This document shows positions 1 to 8,054 of a stretch of 39,485 nucleotides of DNA, piece after piece. Position numbers and translations under genes: made by a program. Numbering within the stretch: the first letter of the stretch is position 1; the number at the start of each line of letters is the position of its first letter. This stretch comes from a virus (Duplodnaviria; Heunggongvirae; Uroviricota; Caudoviricetes), in the IMG/VR virus record IMGVR_UViG_2802429241_000009; one strand, given 5' to 3'. Under the pieces are notes generated by a model. The model saw nothing but the letters and a program-made list of their open reading frames with translations. It did not search any database and had not been told where the DNA came from.

Positions 1-1251
1 GTGCTTACCGATACAAAATTAAAAAACCTCAAGCCGCAGGACAAACTGTACAAGGTCTCCGATCGTGACGGGCTGTATGTAGCTGTGCTTACGTCAGGCA
101 CGGTCTCGTTTCGTTATGACTACCGTATCAACGGTCGCCGCGAAACACTGGTAATCGGGCAGTATGGGCGTGACGGTATCAGCCTGGCAGAAGCGCGAGA
201 AGAACTGATTGCTGCAAAGAAGCTGCTTAAAGCAGGCCAGTCGCCGGCTGCGGCTAAACGTGACGGTATCAAAAAGATTCGTGGTGCCGAGACGTTTGCG
301 GTACATACCGACAGTTATATGAAACACGTCATCCTGGCTGACAGTACCCGCGCAATGAAGCAGGCGGTGATCGACCGTGACATACTTCCGGTTCTTGGCA
401 ACAAAATGATGGCTGAAATTACCACATCGATGGTTCGTGATTTGTGTGACCGGATTGTCGAACGCGGTGGTCGGGCAACAGCAGTACAGGCCAGGGAGAT
501 CATCAGCAGCGTATACCGTCACGCCAATGACCGTGGTCATGGTTTGTTTAATCCTGCGGCTGACATTAAACCTTCGTCTATCGCCATATTTAAACCACGA
601 GAGCGAACACTGACACCAGAAGAAATTGGCCTGTTCTTCCGCACGTTGGATGCCATTGGTGCTATGGGCACTATGAAAATGGCTTTAAAACTGGTGCTTA
701 TCACTATGGTTCGTAAGGGCGAATTCGCCAATGCAACGTGGGATGAAATAGATTTTAAAAAATGGACATGGACAATTCCTTCAGACCGCATGAAGGGAAG
801 CCGGGCGCATGTTATTTACCTGCCTAAACAGGCTCAGGATATATTGGTCGGGTTGCAGATGTGCGCTGGTGGAAGTGAATATCTGGTTCCTGGTCGTTAC
901 AATTTCAGGAAGCCATTATCTAATGCCGCGCTGAACTCTCTGATCGACAGAACGGTGAAAATAATAAACGAAGATGGTGAGCATATTCAGGACTTCACTG
1001 TACATGATATGCGCCGTACAGCCAGTACGTTGTTGCATGAGGCTGGTTATCCTTCAGACTGGATTGAAAAGGCTCTGGCACATGAGCAGAAAGGTGTGCG
1101 CGCCGTATATAACAAAGCGGAATACGCCAGACAGCGCGCCTACATGTTGCAGCAGTGGGCCGATATGATTGATTCCTGGATTAACGGGGAGCATACGGAT
1201 CTGATTCCGTTCTCCCCGTCGAAGTTTGAGAAGTGGATGGCGGGGGAATAA
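1..1251 (+). CDS. int: Tyrosine-type phage integrase; GTG start at window position 1, so the true 5' end may lie upstream
   Basis: 416-aa ORF; C-terminal HDMRRTAST...LAHEQKGVRAVYNKAEY resembles the tyrosine recombinase catalytic region (R..H..R..Y); N-terminus typical of prophage integrases. Confidence 0.9.
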   Translation: MLTDTKLKNLKPQDKLYKVSDRDGLYVAVLTSGTVSFRYDYRINGRRETLVIGQYGRDGISLAEAREELIAAKKLLKAGQSPAAAKRDGIKKIRGAETFAVHTDSYMKHVILADSTRAMKQAVIDRDILPVLGNKMMAEITTSMVRDLCDRIVERGGRATAVQAREIISSVYRHANDRGHGLFNPAADIKPSSIAIFKPRERTLTPEEIGLFFRTLDAIGAMGTMKMALKLVLITMVRKGEFANATWDEIDFKKWTWTIPSDRMKGSRAHVIYLPKQAQDILVGLQMCAGGSEYLVPGRYNFRKPLSNAALNSLIDRTVKIINEDGEHIQDFTVHDMRRTASTLLHEAGYPSDWIEKALAHEQKGVRAVYNKAEYARQRAYMLQQWADMIDSWINGEHTDLIPFSPSKFEKWMAGE

Positions 1252-1254
1252 CGT

Positions 1255-1449
1255 TTAATAGTTCTGCTGATTTTCTTCCATCTCTGCTTCTGCTGCCAGT
1301 GATTCAATTTTGTTTTCGAATATTGCTGACAGTGTTGCAAATTCAGCATCAGTGACAGCGGGAATTGGAACAAACCTGATCCCGCTGTGTGCAAGCATGT
1401 TTGCAGTTTCAAGGCATTTTCTTAAATCTGCTGGTGATGCCCTGTTCAT
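1255..1449 (-). CDS. Hypothetical small protein (64 aa), last gene of the leftward early operon
   Basis: ATG overlaps the stop of the upstream methylase gene (ATGA overlap at 1446-1449); acidic C-terminus; no recognisable domain. Confidence 0.4.
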   Translation of the reverse strand: MNRASPADLRKCLETANMLAHSGIRFVPIPAVTDAEFATLSAIFENKIESLAAEAEMEENQQNY

Positions 1450-2096
1450 GCAGCACGCTCCCGTCCCTGGTTGTCTGTTGGTGACAGCGGAGCATTGCTG
1501 AATGCATTTGTTAATCCGCCAATATCCAACGCGTATCCAGGGTGTAGTTGCACTGCCGGGTCTTCGCACTGATTACCCCAAACATCGAAGCCATGAGACG
1601 TCTGGCGGGCGAACAGTTCAATGCGAGAAACATCGCCTAATAATTGCACAAGTTTTTCACGAACGATATCTGGCTTTCTTGAATGCTCAAGCCGCGGTGC
1701 GGTAAATGACTGAACGATCCCTGCATTAATGCGCGTAGGTAGTTTTCCCTTTACCGCAAACAGGCAATCTTCACTATTGGCGCGAGTCATGTGTCCCATA
1801 CCCATAACAAGTTTATCTGGTTGTCGACTACCACATTTTATCCACGTGAAGCCCTTCATCGTCATCAGACGGAATCCCCAGGCTTCAACAACTTTTAGTG
1901 CTTCGAGTGGTTGTGTTGGCACCCACCACATGGCCAACAGACAGTTTTCATCGGCCAAATCCCACACAGGAAGGCGGCAGATATCCAGCACACTCATAAC
2001 CGGATATTTAAAACCGGCACCGCGATTACCATCTGCGGCTTTGTCCCGGTATACCCAGGGTGGATCTGCATAGATTAGTGTGTATTTCTTAGTCAT
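1446..2096 (-). CDS. MT-A70 family DNA N6-adenine methyltransferase
   Basis: N-terminal LIYADPPW motif; about 216 aa; start taken at the ATG giving MTKKYT (GTG at 2108 is an alternative). Confidence 0.8.
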   Translation of the reverse strand: MTKKYTLIYADPPWVYRDKAADGNRGAGFKYPVMSVLDICRLPVWDLADENCLLAMWWVPTQPLEALKVVEAWGFRLMTMKGFTWIKCGSRQPDKLVMGMGHMTRANSEDCLFAVKGKLPTRINAGIVQSFTAPRLEHSRKPDIVREKLVQLLGDVSRIELFARQTSHGFDVWGNQCEDPAVQLHPGYALDIGGLTNAFSNAPLSPTDNQGRERAA

Positions 2097-2340
2097 AAAC
2101 CACCCCACAACATCCTATGCCGCTATAGTCGCCACGGCGAAGGCCGTTACCTTTTGTGATACATTGGTCCCTGCGAACCGCGATCCTTGCACGCTCAACA
2201 TCACCAGAAGCAACATCCATACACTGAAGCCAAAGGTAGGCGGCAATTCGGAATTGCCCTTTTTGCTCTCTTTCAATCGCGCGTTTTTCGATCTCTATCG
2301 CCGCAGGAGTAACGGCAACAACCTTTGAAGGGCTGCGCAT
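2089..2340 (-). CDS. Hypothetical protein (83 aa)
   Basis: ORF with AAGG Shine-Dalgarno before the ATG at 2340; 3' end overlaps the methylase start; ORF could extend to 2388. Confidence 0.4.
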   Translation of the reverse strand: MRSPSKVVAVTPAAIEIEKRAIEREQKGQFRIAAYLWLQCMDVASGDVERARIAVRRDQCITKGNGLRRGDYSGIGCCGVVYD

Positions 2341-2497
2341 TGAAACCTTGTTCATGTGATATTTTTCAAGTCGGCTTAACTCTCTCACTTAATCCAACCC
2401 TCTCTGAAAATTAATGCCAGCAGATAAAGCCATGCTGAAACAGAGGCCAGGAATAAGTACCATCCTGACCATTTGCTCCAGTGCTTTAGCAGCACAC

Positions 2498-2746
2498 TCA
2501 TGCCGCGTTGCTCACAGGACGATATACACGTTGCTGAACAGGAGGTTTTTTACCTTGGAACTCTGCCGGGCTTGCTGCCTGACGTTCATCAAGCCAACGC
2601 TCAACTTCATCACGGTTCCATGCGCAGCGTTTGTCAGTGATATACCAGCGTTTAGGAAATTCCCCTGCGCGCTCCATACGGTCGATAGTGCTCCATGACA
2701 GTGGCACCACCGCCAGGAGTTCCTTCTTACCTAATGCACCTTTCAT
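2498..2746 (-). CDS. AlpA-family small HTH protein (excisionase / transcriptional regulator candidate)
   Basis: 82 aa; helix-turn-helix segment KKELLAVVPLSWSTIDRMERAGEFP; good SD (AGAGAGGT) before the ATG. Confidence 0.65.
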   Translation of the reverse strand: MKGALGKKELLAVVPLSWSTIDRMERAGEFPKRWYITDKRCAWNRDEVERWLDERQAASPAEFQGKKPPVQQRVYRPVSNAA

Positions 2747-2795
2747 AAATACCTCTCTTGGTTGCAGTGCGGCGCGTGTTGCGCCGCGGTGGTGG

Positions 2796-3677
2796 TTACA
2801 TAGATGTTTCGTTTAATTCTTCCCGACGAACGCTGTAAACGTCGGTGGCTTTTGCCAGCAGTTCGTCATCATCTGAAAGTTTTTGTGCAATGTATTTGTA
2901 AGCCTTATCCAGTTCGGAGACAGTGCTGTAATTCATCGCTGCGCTGGTAAAGGCCATCAGCATTTCTTCTGGCTCACGGCTATCCGCTTTACGCGTTTGC
3001 TCATCAGGCTTTTTCACTGATTTAGCGTTGATCAGACTGTTCATTCCCGCAGCCGTAGTCATTTGCGGAGTAATGTCTCGCTCAACGCGCGGTGCCGTTT
3101 CCTGTAATTCGTCAGGGGTGTAAACACCAAGAAGTACATCAGGAGCGTGCAGGCGAGCCCATCGTTTCGTGCAAAGATAGGCAAGTTGCTGGCGCGGATC
3201 CTGTTCCCACAATGGAGAGTTACGCACTCCGGCTTGCGCCATACTGATGGTAAGCTCACGTGGTTCTGCTTCTCCTTTAAGGACTGCTGACACAGTTACC
3301 GTCAGATTCGGTGATTTATCTGTTTTGCCGTTAACATTCGACCAGTCACCGCTCCAGCGATAATTCAGGCGTGTCGCTAGCAGGCTGGAAGAGGATACGA
3401 CCGCGTTTACCAACTGTGCTTCGTAGCCTAACGTTCCGTTTACCACATGCGTTTTCTGCGCCACGGCGAAAGGGTTCATTCCCCACTGTGCCGCCTGCAT
3501 GGTCACCGCCAGGCAATCGGCAGGTTTGCCTTCAAGATGTTTCGGTACAGTCACTTTGCTTTGTGACATCAACTCAGCGAAACGCACCAGTTGATTCATG
3601 CCCTCGGAGCTGAAGATTGCCGCAGCAGTGCCTACAGTTGTGCCTGGTTGTGATGTGATTGCGATATCATTGCTCAT
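2796..3677 (-). CDS. RecT/Red-beta family single-strand annealing protein
   Basis: 293 aa; segment PRVERDITP resembles the ERQPERDITPV region of lambda Bet as recalled; start overlaps the exonuclease stop (ATGA). Confidence 0.75.
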   Translation of the reverse strand: MSNDIAITSQPGTTVGTAAAIFSSEGMNQLVRFAELMSQSKVTVPKHLEGKPADCLAVTMQAAQWGMNPFAVAQKTHVVNGTLGYEAQLVNAVVSSSSLLATRLNYRWSGDWSNVNGKTDKSPNLTVTVSAVLKGEAEPRELTISMAQAGVRNSPLWEQDPRQQLAYLCTKRWARLHAPDVLLGVYTPDELQETAPRVERDITPQMTTAAGMNSLINAKSVKKPDEQTRKADSREPEEMLMAFTSAAMNYSTVSELDKAYKYIAQKLSDDDELLAKATDVYSVRREELNETSM

Positions 3678-4495
3678 ACGTACATATCCTGTTTACGTGC
3701 CCAGTCAGGGCGTTTAATAATTTCCACTCCGCCCCATTCATCGTTGATGCGGCATTCGTGATAGGTATTCAGATCCCGGCGGAACAGAGCGTGCCCGGCA
3801 TCGACATCTGGCGCATCCAGCTCGAACACGCGTACCGGATACCGACCACAATCAATGCTTTCGCTCACGGCAAGAAAGAAAAAACCATGCGGCTGACCAG
3901 TAACCCTCATTGCGCCTTCGCGGTACATTGCGTCCTGCACGTGGTAGCGGAATTCCTCGATGTGGCGTGCAAAACGGTCCATATCTGCAACCTTTTTCAC
4001 GTCGACGATCACGTTGTGCTCGTTCAGCCATTTGTCTGGACGAATGCGGCACAACTCACCAGTCTCTTCATCGTTCCAGTACATTGATGCTTCGCAGTAA
4101 CCAGGTGCTTCCAGCATCCAGCGTGCCGCCGGGTGAGCCATTGCGCTATCACGCATCAGCTCCAGTTTCCGCCACTGCTCGGCATCAAGTACCGTAATCC
4201 CCATATCCGCTACATCACGAAGAAATGCCCCTTCGTCAGCTTTACCTTGTTTTGTCCGACGATCGAATTTCGGTGAAACGATGAAGCGTTTGTCAAACTC
4301 TCCAGGTTCCAGAAGCAGACAGTGCAGAGCAGTACCCATGTCCAGTGCAGACTTCTTCTCTTCGTCTTCCGGAGCAGCCTTCACCCATTTCAGAAGGGCA
4401 GGGTTCTTAGCCACCATATCTAGCTGCGACTTACTCACGCCGTCACCGGCGTGGTAGTCCTCGTTGCTGATATCGAAATAAATTCCCGGATTCAT
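3674..4495 (-). CDS. Recombination exonuclease (RecE C-terminal-like PD-(D/E)XK nuclease), partner of the annealing protein
   Basis: 273 aa directly upstream of, and coupled to, the RecT-like gene; start overlaps the upstream stop. Confidence 0.65.
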   Translation of the reverse strand: MNPGIYFDISNEDYHAGDGVSKSQLDMVAKNPALLKWVKAAPEDEEKKSALDMGTALHCLLLEPGEFDKRFIVSPKFDRRTKQGKADEGAFLRDVADMGITVLDAEQWRKLELMRDSAMAHPAARWMLEAPGYCEASMYWNDEETGELCRIRPDKWLNEHNVIVDVKKVADMDRFARHIEEFRYHVQDAMYREGAMRVTGQPHGFFFLAVSESIDCGRYPVRVFELDAPDVDAGHALFRRDLNTYHECRINDEWGGVEIIKRPDWARKQDMYV

Positions 4496-4791
4496 GCCGC
4501 GTCCCTCTGCCCATCAATCTGATCAGCCAGATCCCAGCGGGCGATAATTGCCATTGCCTCGCGACGGTAGGCATCCATCAGTTCTTCGAACTCAGGGCTG
4601 TCTTTAGCAGCCTCCAGTACTTCCTGACGAACGCCTTTGCCTGTTACAACGTCGAAAGTTGAGGACAGTTGATGAAGTCGGATGCTCTCAATCAGTTCAA
4701 CTTGTCGGTCATATAGCTGTTCTGACAGGCGGTAGTCCTTGTCGAATGCCAGCATGATTTTTTGAAGATTTTTCTGCTGATTAACGTTCAT
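4492..4791 (-). CDS. Hypothetical early protein (99 aa)
   Basis: ORF coupled to the exonuclease gene (ATGA overlap); internal ATG giving MNVNQQ chosen because the upstream 50-aa ORF stop overlaps it. Confidence 0.5.
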   Translation of the reverse strand: MNVNQQKNLQKIMLAFDKDYRLSEQLYDRQVELIESIRLHQLSSTFDVVTGKGVRQEVLEAAKDSPEFEELMDAYRREAMAIIARWDLADQIDGQRDAA

Positions 4792-4793
4792 TA

Positions 4794-4946
4794 TCAGCCC
4801 TCCCATATCTCGTTATCGTTGGCCACATCGCGAGCTTCTTTGCTGACGAAAGCCCACTTAATGCCTTCCTGTAAGGTGCGGAACTTCCAGCTCATGAATC
4901 CGCATGCAGTAACGCAGTACCAACCGTTGATGATTTTCCACTGCAT
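4794..4946 (-). CDS. Hypothetical 50-aa protein, first gene of the leftward early operon
   Basis: Not in the ORF track (under 60 aa); ATG at 4946 preceded by GAGG; stop overlaps the next start; sits just downstream of the PL-like promoter and operator. Confidence 0.35.
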   Translation of the reverse strand: MQWKIINGWYCVTACGFMSWKFRTLQEGIKWAFVSKEARDVANDNEIWEG

Positions 4947-4965
4947 AACTTGTTACCTCGGTCTG

Positions 4966-4980
4966 TTACCGTTGAGGTAA
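4966..4980. promoter_or_regulatory. Operator-like palindrome TTACC-N5-GGTAA (left operator region, downstream of PL-like promoter)
   Basis: Exact 5+5 inverted repeat; an extra TTACC half-site at 4953..4957; 62 bp from the site at 5028. Confidence 0.55.
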
Positions 4981-5008
4981 TGATTATGCGTATCTGGTTT
5001 GGTGTCAA
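4981..5008 (-). promoter_or_regulatory. PL-like promoter candidate for the leftward early operon
   Basis: Perfect -35 TTGACA on the minus strand (plus-strand 5003..5008); weak -10 candidates (TAATCA at 16-bp spacing or CATAAT at 14 bp); bracketed by operator sites. Confidence 0.4.
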
Positions 5009-5027
5009 TAGATATGAGTTAAAAAAA

Positions 5028-5042
5028 TTACCCATAAGGTAA
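5028..5042. promoter_or_regulatory. Operator-like palindrome TTACC-N5-GGTAA (left operator region, upstream of PL-like -35)
   Basis: Exact inverted repeat between the repressor terminator and the TTGACA -35. Confidence 0.55.
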
Positions 5043-5052
5043 TCACATAGGC

Positions 5053-5077
5053 AATAAAAAAGCCGCCAGAAGGCGGC
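5053..5077 (-). terminator. Intrinsic terminator downstream of the repressor gene
   Basis: Minus-strand hairpin GCCGCC-TTCT-GGCGGC followed by TTTTTTATT. Confidence 0.75.
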
Positions 5078-5099
5078 TTACTTACTGAAAAGTATGATT

Positions 5100-5684
5100 T
5101 TATTGTTTGTTTTTTTCGTTCTGGTTGATGACAAATTCAATGTAACTTTCGATCTTTGCTTTCTCGGTTTCGGGTAACAATGCGTAGCGCGAGCGATCAT
5201 AGTTGATGGTCGCAGGGTCGTGCGGGTGAATCAGTAATTCATAGCCGTGACGCCCGAATGCGGATGCAACATTCTCCAGGGTGGAAATGGAAACGCTGAC
5301 CTCATTGTTTAACAGGCGGCTGATTGTCACCTGGGCGACGCCGGATGCGCGGTGTAGTTTTCCCTGCGTTGAAAGGTCGCGGCTTTCGCTCATCCAGCGT
5401 TCCAGGTTGTGAGCCGCCAGCTGACCAATGTCGCTAGGGCCGACAGGCTGAAAACCTTCCTGAGAAAGCGAGCGATCGATATCAAGCCAGTTACGGGGTT
5501 TATTGGCGGCAGCTTCAATTTTTCGCGCAACCTGGTCGCCGATAACCTTCTTGCCAAGAGCCCAGCGGTTTACCAGATTTGCCTGAGTTCCAAGTTTTTC
5601 AGCCATCCGCGTCTGAACACCATTGAATTCACGGTCGATCAAGTCGTTGAGATTTTGCCTGCGGACGTCCTGGATACTTTTCAT
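5100..5684 (-). CDS. Prophage repressor candidate (CI-like position, two HTH-like segments, no visible autocleavage module)
   Basis: 194 aa, divergent from the Cro-like gene; followed by an intrinsic terminator; no Ala-Gly/Cys-Gly plus Ser-Lys peptidase module recognised by eye. Confidence 0.65.
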   Translation of the reverse strand: MKSIQDVRRQNLNDLIDREFNGVQTRMAEKLGTQANLVNRWALGKKVIGDQVARKIEAAANKPRNWLDIDRSLSQEGFQPVGPSDIGQLAAHNLERWMSESRDLSTQGKLHRASGVAQVTISRLLNNEVSVSISTLENVASAFGRHGYELLIHPHDPATINYDRSRYALLPETEKAKIESYIEFVINQNEKNKQ

Positions 5685-5739
5685 TTTCTGGAAAATCGCC
5701 TCATATATGAATCAGTAGATGATTCAATTTAAAGCAATA

Positions 5740-5754
5740 TTACCCAACAGGTAA
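5740..5754. promoter_or_regulatory. Operator-like palindrome TTACC-N5-GGTAA (immunity region site 1)
   Basis: Exact inverted repeat between the divergent repressor and Cro-like genes. Confidence 0.6.
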
Positions 5755-5756
5755 AT

Positions 5757-5771
5757 GCACCCCATAGGTAA
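5757..5771. promoter_or_regulatory. Operator-like variant GCACC-N5-GGTAA (immunity region site 2)
   Basis: One half-site degenerate; 17 bp centre-to-centre from site 1. Confidence 0.4.
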
Positions 5772-5784
5772 CTATCCTTGATTT

Positions 5785-5813
5785 TTGTTACCTTATGGGT
5801 GAATATTTATTAT
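5785..5813 (+). promoter_or_regulatory. PR-like sigma70 promoter candidate for the Cro-like gene
   Basis: -35 TTGTTA (5785..5790), 17-bp spacer, -10 TATTAT (5808..5813); operator variant overlaps the -35. Confidence 0.5.
5788..5802. promoter_or_regulatory. Operator-like variant TTACC-N5-GGTGA (immunity region site 3), overlapping the PR-like -35
   Basis: One mismatch in the right half; overlaps TTGTTA -35 and spacer. Confidence 0.45.
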
Positions 5814-5838
5814 CTGAAATAAATATCAGGCAATAGCT

Positions 5839-6069
5839 ATGAGCGATAACGGACATTTCGATTTCAAAAAGCACTGGCTTGCACTTACTCCGGATGAGCG
5901 TGAAGCCTTCGCACAGGAAGCCGGAACGACGAGTCACTATATCCAGACTCACTTAACAGGTAAGCGCAAAATGCCAGGTAAGGTATTGATGAATGGGCTT
6001 TTTAAAGCCTGTAAAACAAGACAATGGCTGCGCTCAAAAGCAGAACTGGCATACTTCTTCTACTCATGA
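5839..6069 (+). CDS. Cro-like small HTH regulator
   Basis: 76 aa, divergent from the repressor across the operator cluster; LALTPDEREAFAQEAGTTSHYIQTHLTGKRKMP HTH-like segment. Confidence 0.65.
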   Translation: MSDNGHFDFKKHWLALTPDEREAFAQEAGTTSHYIQTHLTGKRKMPGKVLMNGLFKACKTRQWLRSKAELAYFFYS

Positions 6070-6090
6070 TATCCAGCCACAACCATCTGT

Positions 6091-6118
6091 AGACCGCCAT
6101 CCGGCGGTCTTTTCATAT
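6091..6118 (+). terminator. Intrinsic terminator downstream of the Cro-like gene (tR1-like position)
   Basis: AGACCGCC-ATCC-GGCGGTCT followed by TTTTCATATCT. Confidence 0.6.
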
Positions 6119-6124
6119 CTATTC

Positions 6125-6139
6125 GCACCTTAAAGGTAA
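6125..6139. promoter_or_regulatory. Operator-like variant GCACC-N5-GGTAA downstream of the Cro terminator
   Basis: Same variant as at 5757; followed by ATATGGTT. Confidence 0.3.
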
Positions 6140-6217
6140 TAAAAAACCAAATATGGTTGATCAAATTTTCCAATTGTGCAAAATAGCCAATATCAATAAC
6201 AAAAAGGGGCGGAAAAA

Positions 6218-6430
6218 TTGAAGATAGTAACCAGAATGGAGGCCGCAAAAGCCGGGTTAAATCGCTATTTCACAGGAAAGCGGTGCCGTCACGGCCATCT
6301 CTCTGAAAGGTATGTTCTGAACGGAACATGTGTTGAATGTGCAATGAATAGCGCCAACCGCCATCGTAATGAATTTGCTTGTGCACTAAAGAGTGCAAGA
6401 GGGGAAACCTATGGCAAGCAGCTGGATTAA
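6218..6430 (+). CDS. Small zinc-finger-like protein (putative early regulator)
   Basis: C-x-H-x-H ... C-x2-C spacing (CRHGH...CVEC); TTG start at 6218 with GGGG SD, or ATG at 6236. Confidence 0.45.
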   Translation: MKIVTRMEAAKAGLNRYFTGKRCRHGHLSERYVLNGTCVECAMNSANRHRNEFACALKSARGETYGKQLD

Positions 6431-7235
6431 GGTTGAAGTTATCACTCCTGATAAACCTGAAATTTTTCAGATAGCAGAAATTCTGGGTATTGATCCAGAT
6501 GCTGTTCTTGGAAAGCTGGTTCGTATATGGGCATGGGCTGACCAGCAAACAATAGACGGTAACGCTGGCAGCGTTACAAAAGGAGTACTTGATAGACTCG
6601 CTTTTATTACAGGATTTGCTGACGCCCTCATTAGCGTCGGATGGCTTGCTTATCATGACGGCAAACTAATCCTTCCAAACTTTGAGCGACATAATGGAGA
6701 ATCATCGAAAAAACGTGCACTTACGAATAGAAGAGTGGCAGAGCATCGAAAACGAGTAACGCAAAAAGTAACGCCAACAGCGTTACAAAAGGAGTTACCA
6801 GAGGAAGAGGAAGATATATATAAAACCCCACACATAGCGCACGTGCGCGATGGTGCTCCGACCAGTGAAGCGAACGGTATGCCGTTGCAGGTGGCTGAAC
6901 CTGAATTTCTGGATGGCCTGAGTGAACCCATCGGGAAATTTCCGATGACCGATGGCTGGCATCCGTCGCCGGATTTTCGACGGCGTGCTGCGCTGTGGGG
7001 AACGGCCCTGCCGGAACCGGAATTTACACCTGCTGAACTTGCTGCATTCCGGGATTACTGGATGGCTGAGGGCAAAGTGTTCACGCAGGTTCAGTGGGAA
7101 CAAAAATTCGCCAGGCACGTAAATCATATCAGGGGAAAATCAAAAAACGCCGGGAAAAGCGATGAGCTTGACTGGAATAACACTGACTGGATAGAAGGGG
7201 TGTGGGATGAAATCAACTCCAGAACTTCTCAATGA
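6411..7235 (+). CDS. Replication initiator / replisome organizer (lambda O-like position)
   Basis: 275 aa immediately upstream of the P-like gene; palindromic iteron-like repeats and an AT-rich tract lie inside the gene; start at ATG 6411 (GTG 6393 alternative). Confidence 0.65.
   Translation: MASSWIKVEVITPDKPEIFQIAEILGIDPDAVLGKLVRIWAWADQQTIDGNAGSVTKGVLDRLAFITGFADALISVGWLAYHDGKLILPNFERHNGESSKKRALTNRRVAEHRKRVTQKVTPTALQKELPEEEEDIYKTPHIAHVRDGAPTSEANGMPLQVAEPEFLDGLSEPIGKFPMTDGWHPSPDFRRRAALWGTALPEPEFTPAELAAFRDYWMAEGKVFTQVQWEQKFARHVNHIRGKSKNAGKSDELDWNNTDWIEGVWDEINSRTSQ
6559..6588. repeat. Iteron-like element 1 inside the replication initiator gene: GTAACGC-N5-GCGTTAC plus AAAAGGAGTAC
   Basis: Perfect 7-N5-7 palindrome; recurs about 209 bp downstream in a different reading frame. 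Confidence 0.55.
6768..6797. repeat. Iteron-like element 2: GTAACGC-N5-GCGTTAC plus AAAAGGAGTTAC, with an extra GTAACGC at 6756 and an AT-rich tract at 6811..6825
   Basis: Same palindrome and 3' extension as element 1 but in another codon frame, so conserved at DNA level. Confidence 0.55.
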
Positions 7236-7983
7236 GTACGATCGCTTACGTGAGCATGGTGTTGCTGTGCATGAAGAGCGGCGTGACAGCAATGGCAAAA
7301 AGGAGCAGGTTGCTAGAATTTTCAATGAACTATTTGTCCAGTTACAGGCTGCATTTCCTGCAAGCGTTTCGACCATAAGGGAGCAGAACAAACTTAATGA
7401 ATTCCGTAAGCAATGGATGCTTGCCTTTCTGGAGAATGGGATCACAACAATGGAACAGGTTAACGCTGGTATGCGCCACGCCCGCGCCAGTGAATCTCCG
7501 TTCTGGCCGTCGCCTGGGCAATTCATCAAGTGGTGTAAAGACAGCAAGATGGTTCTTGGCGTCACCATTGACGATGTGATGGCGGAGTTTCACCGGTACA
7601 GCAAGGAAAAAAGTTTATATCCAGGTGGTCCCGAAAGATTCCCGTGGCGGCATCCGGTTATGTACTGGGTCGTATGTGATACCCGCCGTGCAATGTATCA
7701 GCGCCAGCTTAGCGAGATTGAGGTTGAGAAACACGCGCGCAGGCTGCTCGATGATTGGGCGAAAAAGGTGGCTTCCGGACAGCAGATACCCGATCCGGTG
7801 ATCAGCATACAGGCAAAGCCAGAGCCCATGAGTACACCTCCGGACACAGGGAGAGGCGTTTACCATCCACCAGGGCGAAGTTTCGGGTGCATGCCTAACG
7901 CCGCCACCCTTGGGGGAATAACACCGGCGCAGTGGCTGATGGAGGAATACAGGCGGGGAAAGGCGGCAGGATTTATCAAGTAA
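7207..7983 (+). CDS. Lambda P-like replication protein (helicase loader)
   Basis: NGITTMEQVNAGMR and FPAS...QW segments match lambda P as recalled; overlaps the end of the upstream replication gene. Confidence 0.8.
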   Translation: MKSTPELLNEYDRLREHGVAVHEERRDSNGKKEQVARIFNELFVQLQAAFPASVSTIREQNKLNEFRKQWMLAFLENGITTMEQVNAGMRHARASESPFWPSPGQFIKWCKDSKMVLGVTIDDVMAEFHRYSKEKSLYPGGPERFPWRHPVMYWVVCDTRRAMYQRQLSEIEVEKHARRLLDDWAKKVASGQQIPDPVISIQAKPEPMSTPPDTGRGVYHPPGRSFGCMPNAATLGGITPAQWLMEEYRRGKAAGFIK

Positions 7984-7988
7984 TACCA

Positions 7989-8008
7989 GCGCGATAGCGC
8001 ATTTTTTT
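7989..8008 (+). terminator. Weak terminator-like hairpin after the P-like gene
   Basis: 4-bp GC stem (GCGC-GATA-GCGC) followed by a 7-T run. Confidence 0.35.
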
Positions 8009-8020
8009 ACGCCTCAATAA

Positions 8021-8035
8021 TTACCTGCCAGGTAA
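8021..8035. promoter_or_regulatory. Operator-like palindrome TTACC-N5-GGTAA (upstream member of a pair)
   Basis: Exact; 62 bp from the site at 8083, the same spacing as in the left operator region. Confidence 0.55.
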
Positions 8036-8054
8036 TAAAATATTCTAAACTCTA

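Noticed and set aside
5100-5684. LexA/CI-type self-cleaving peptidase module in the repressor
   Set aside because: No Ala-Gly or Cys-Gly cleavage site with a downstream Ser...Lys dyad was recognisable by eye, so the repressor is treated as not self-cleaving; this needs a profile search.
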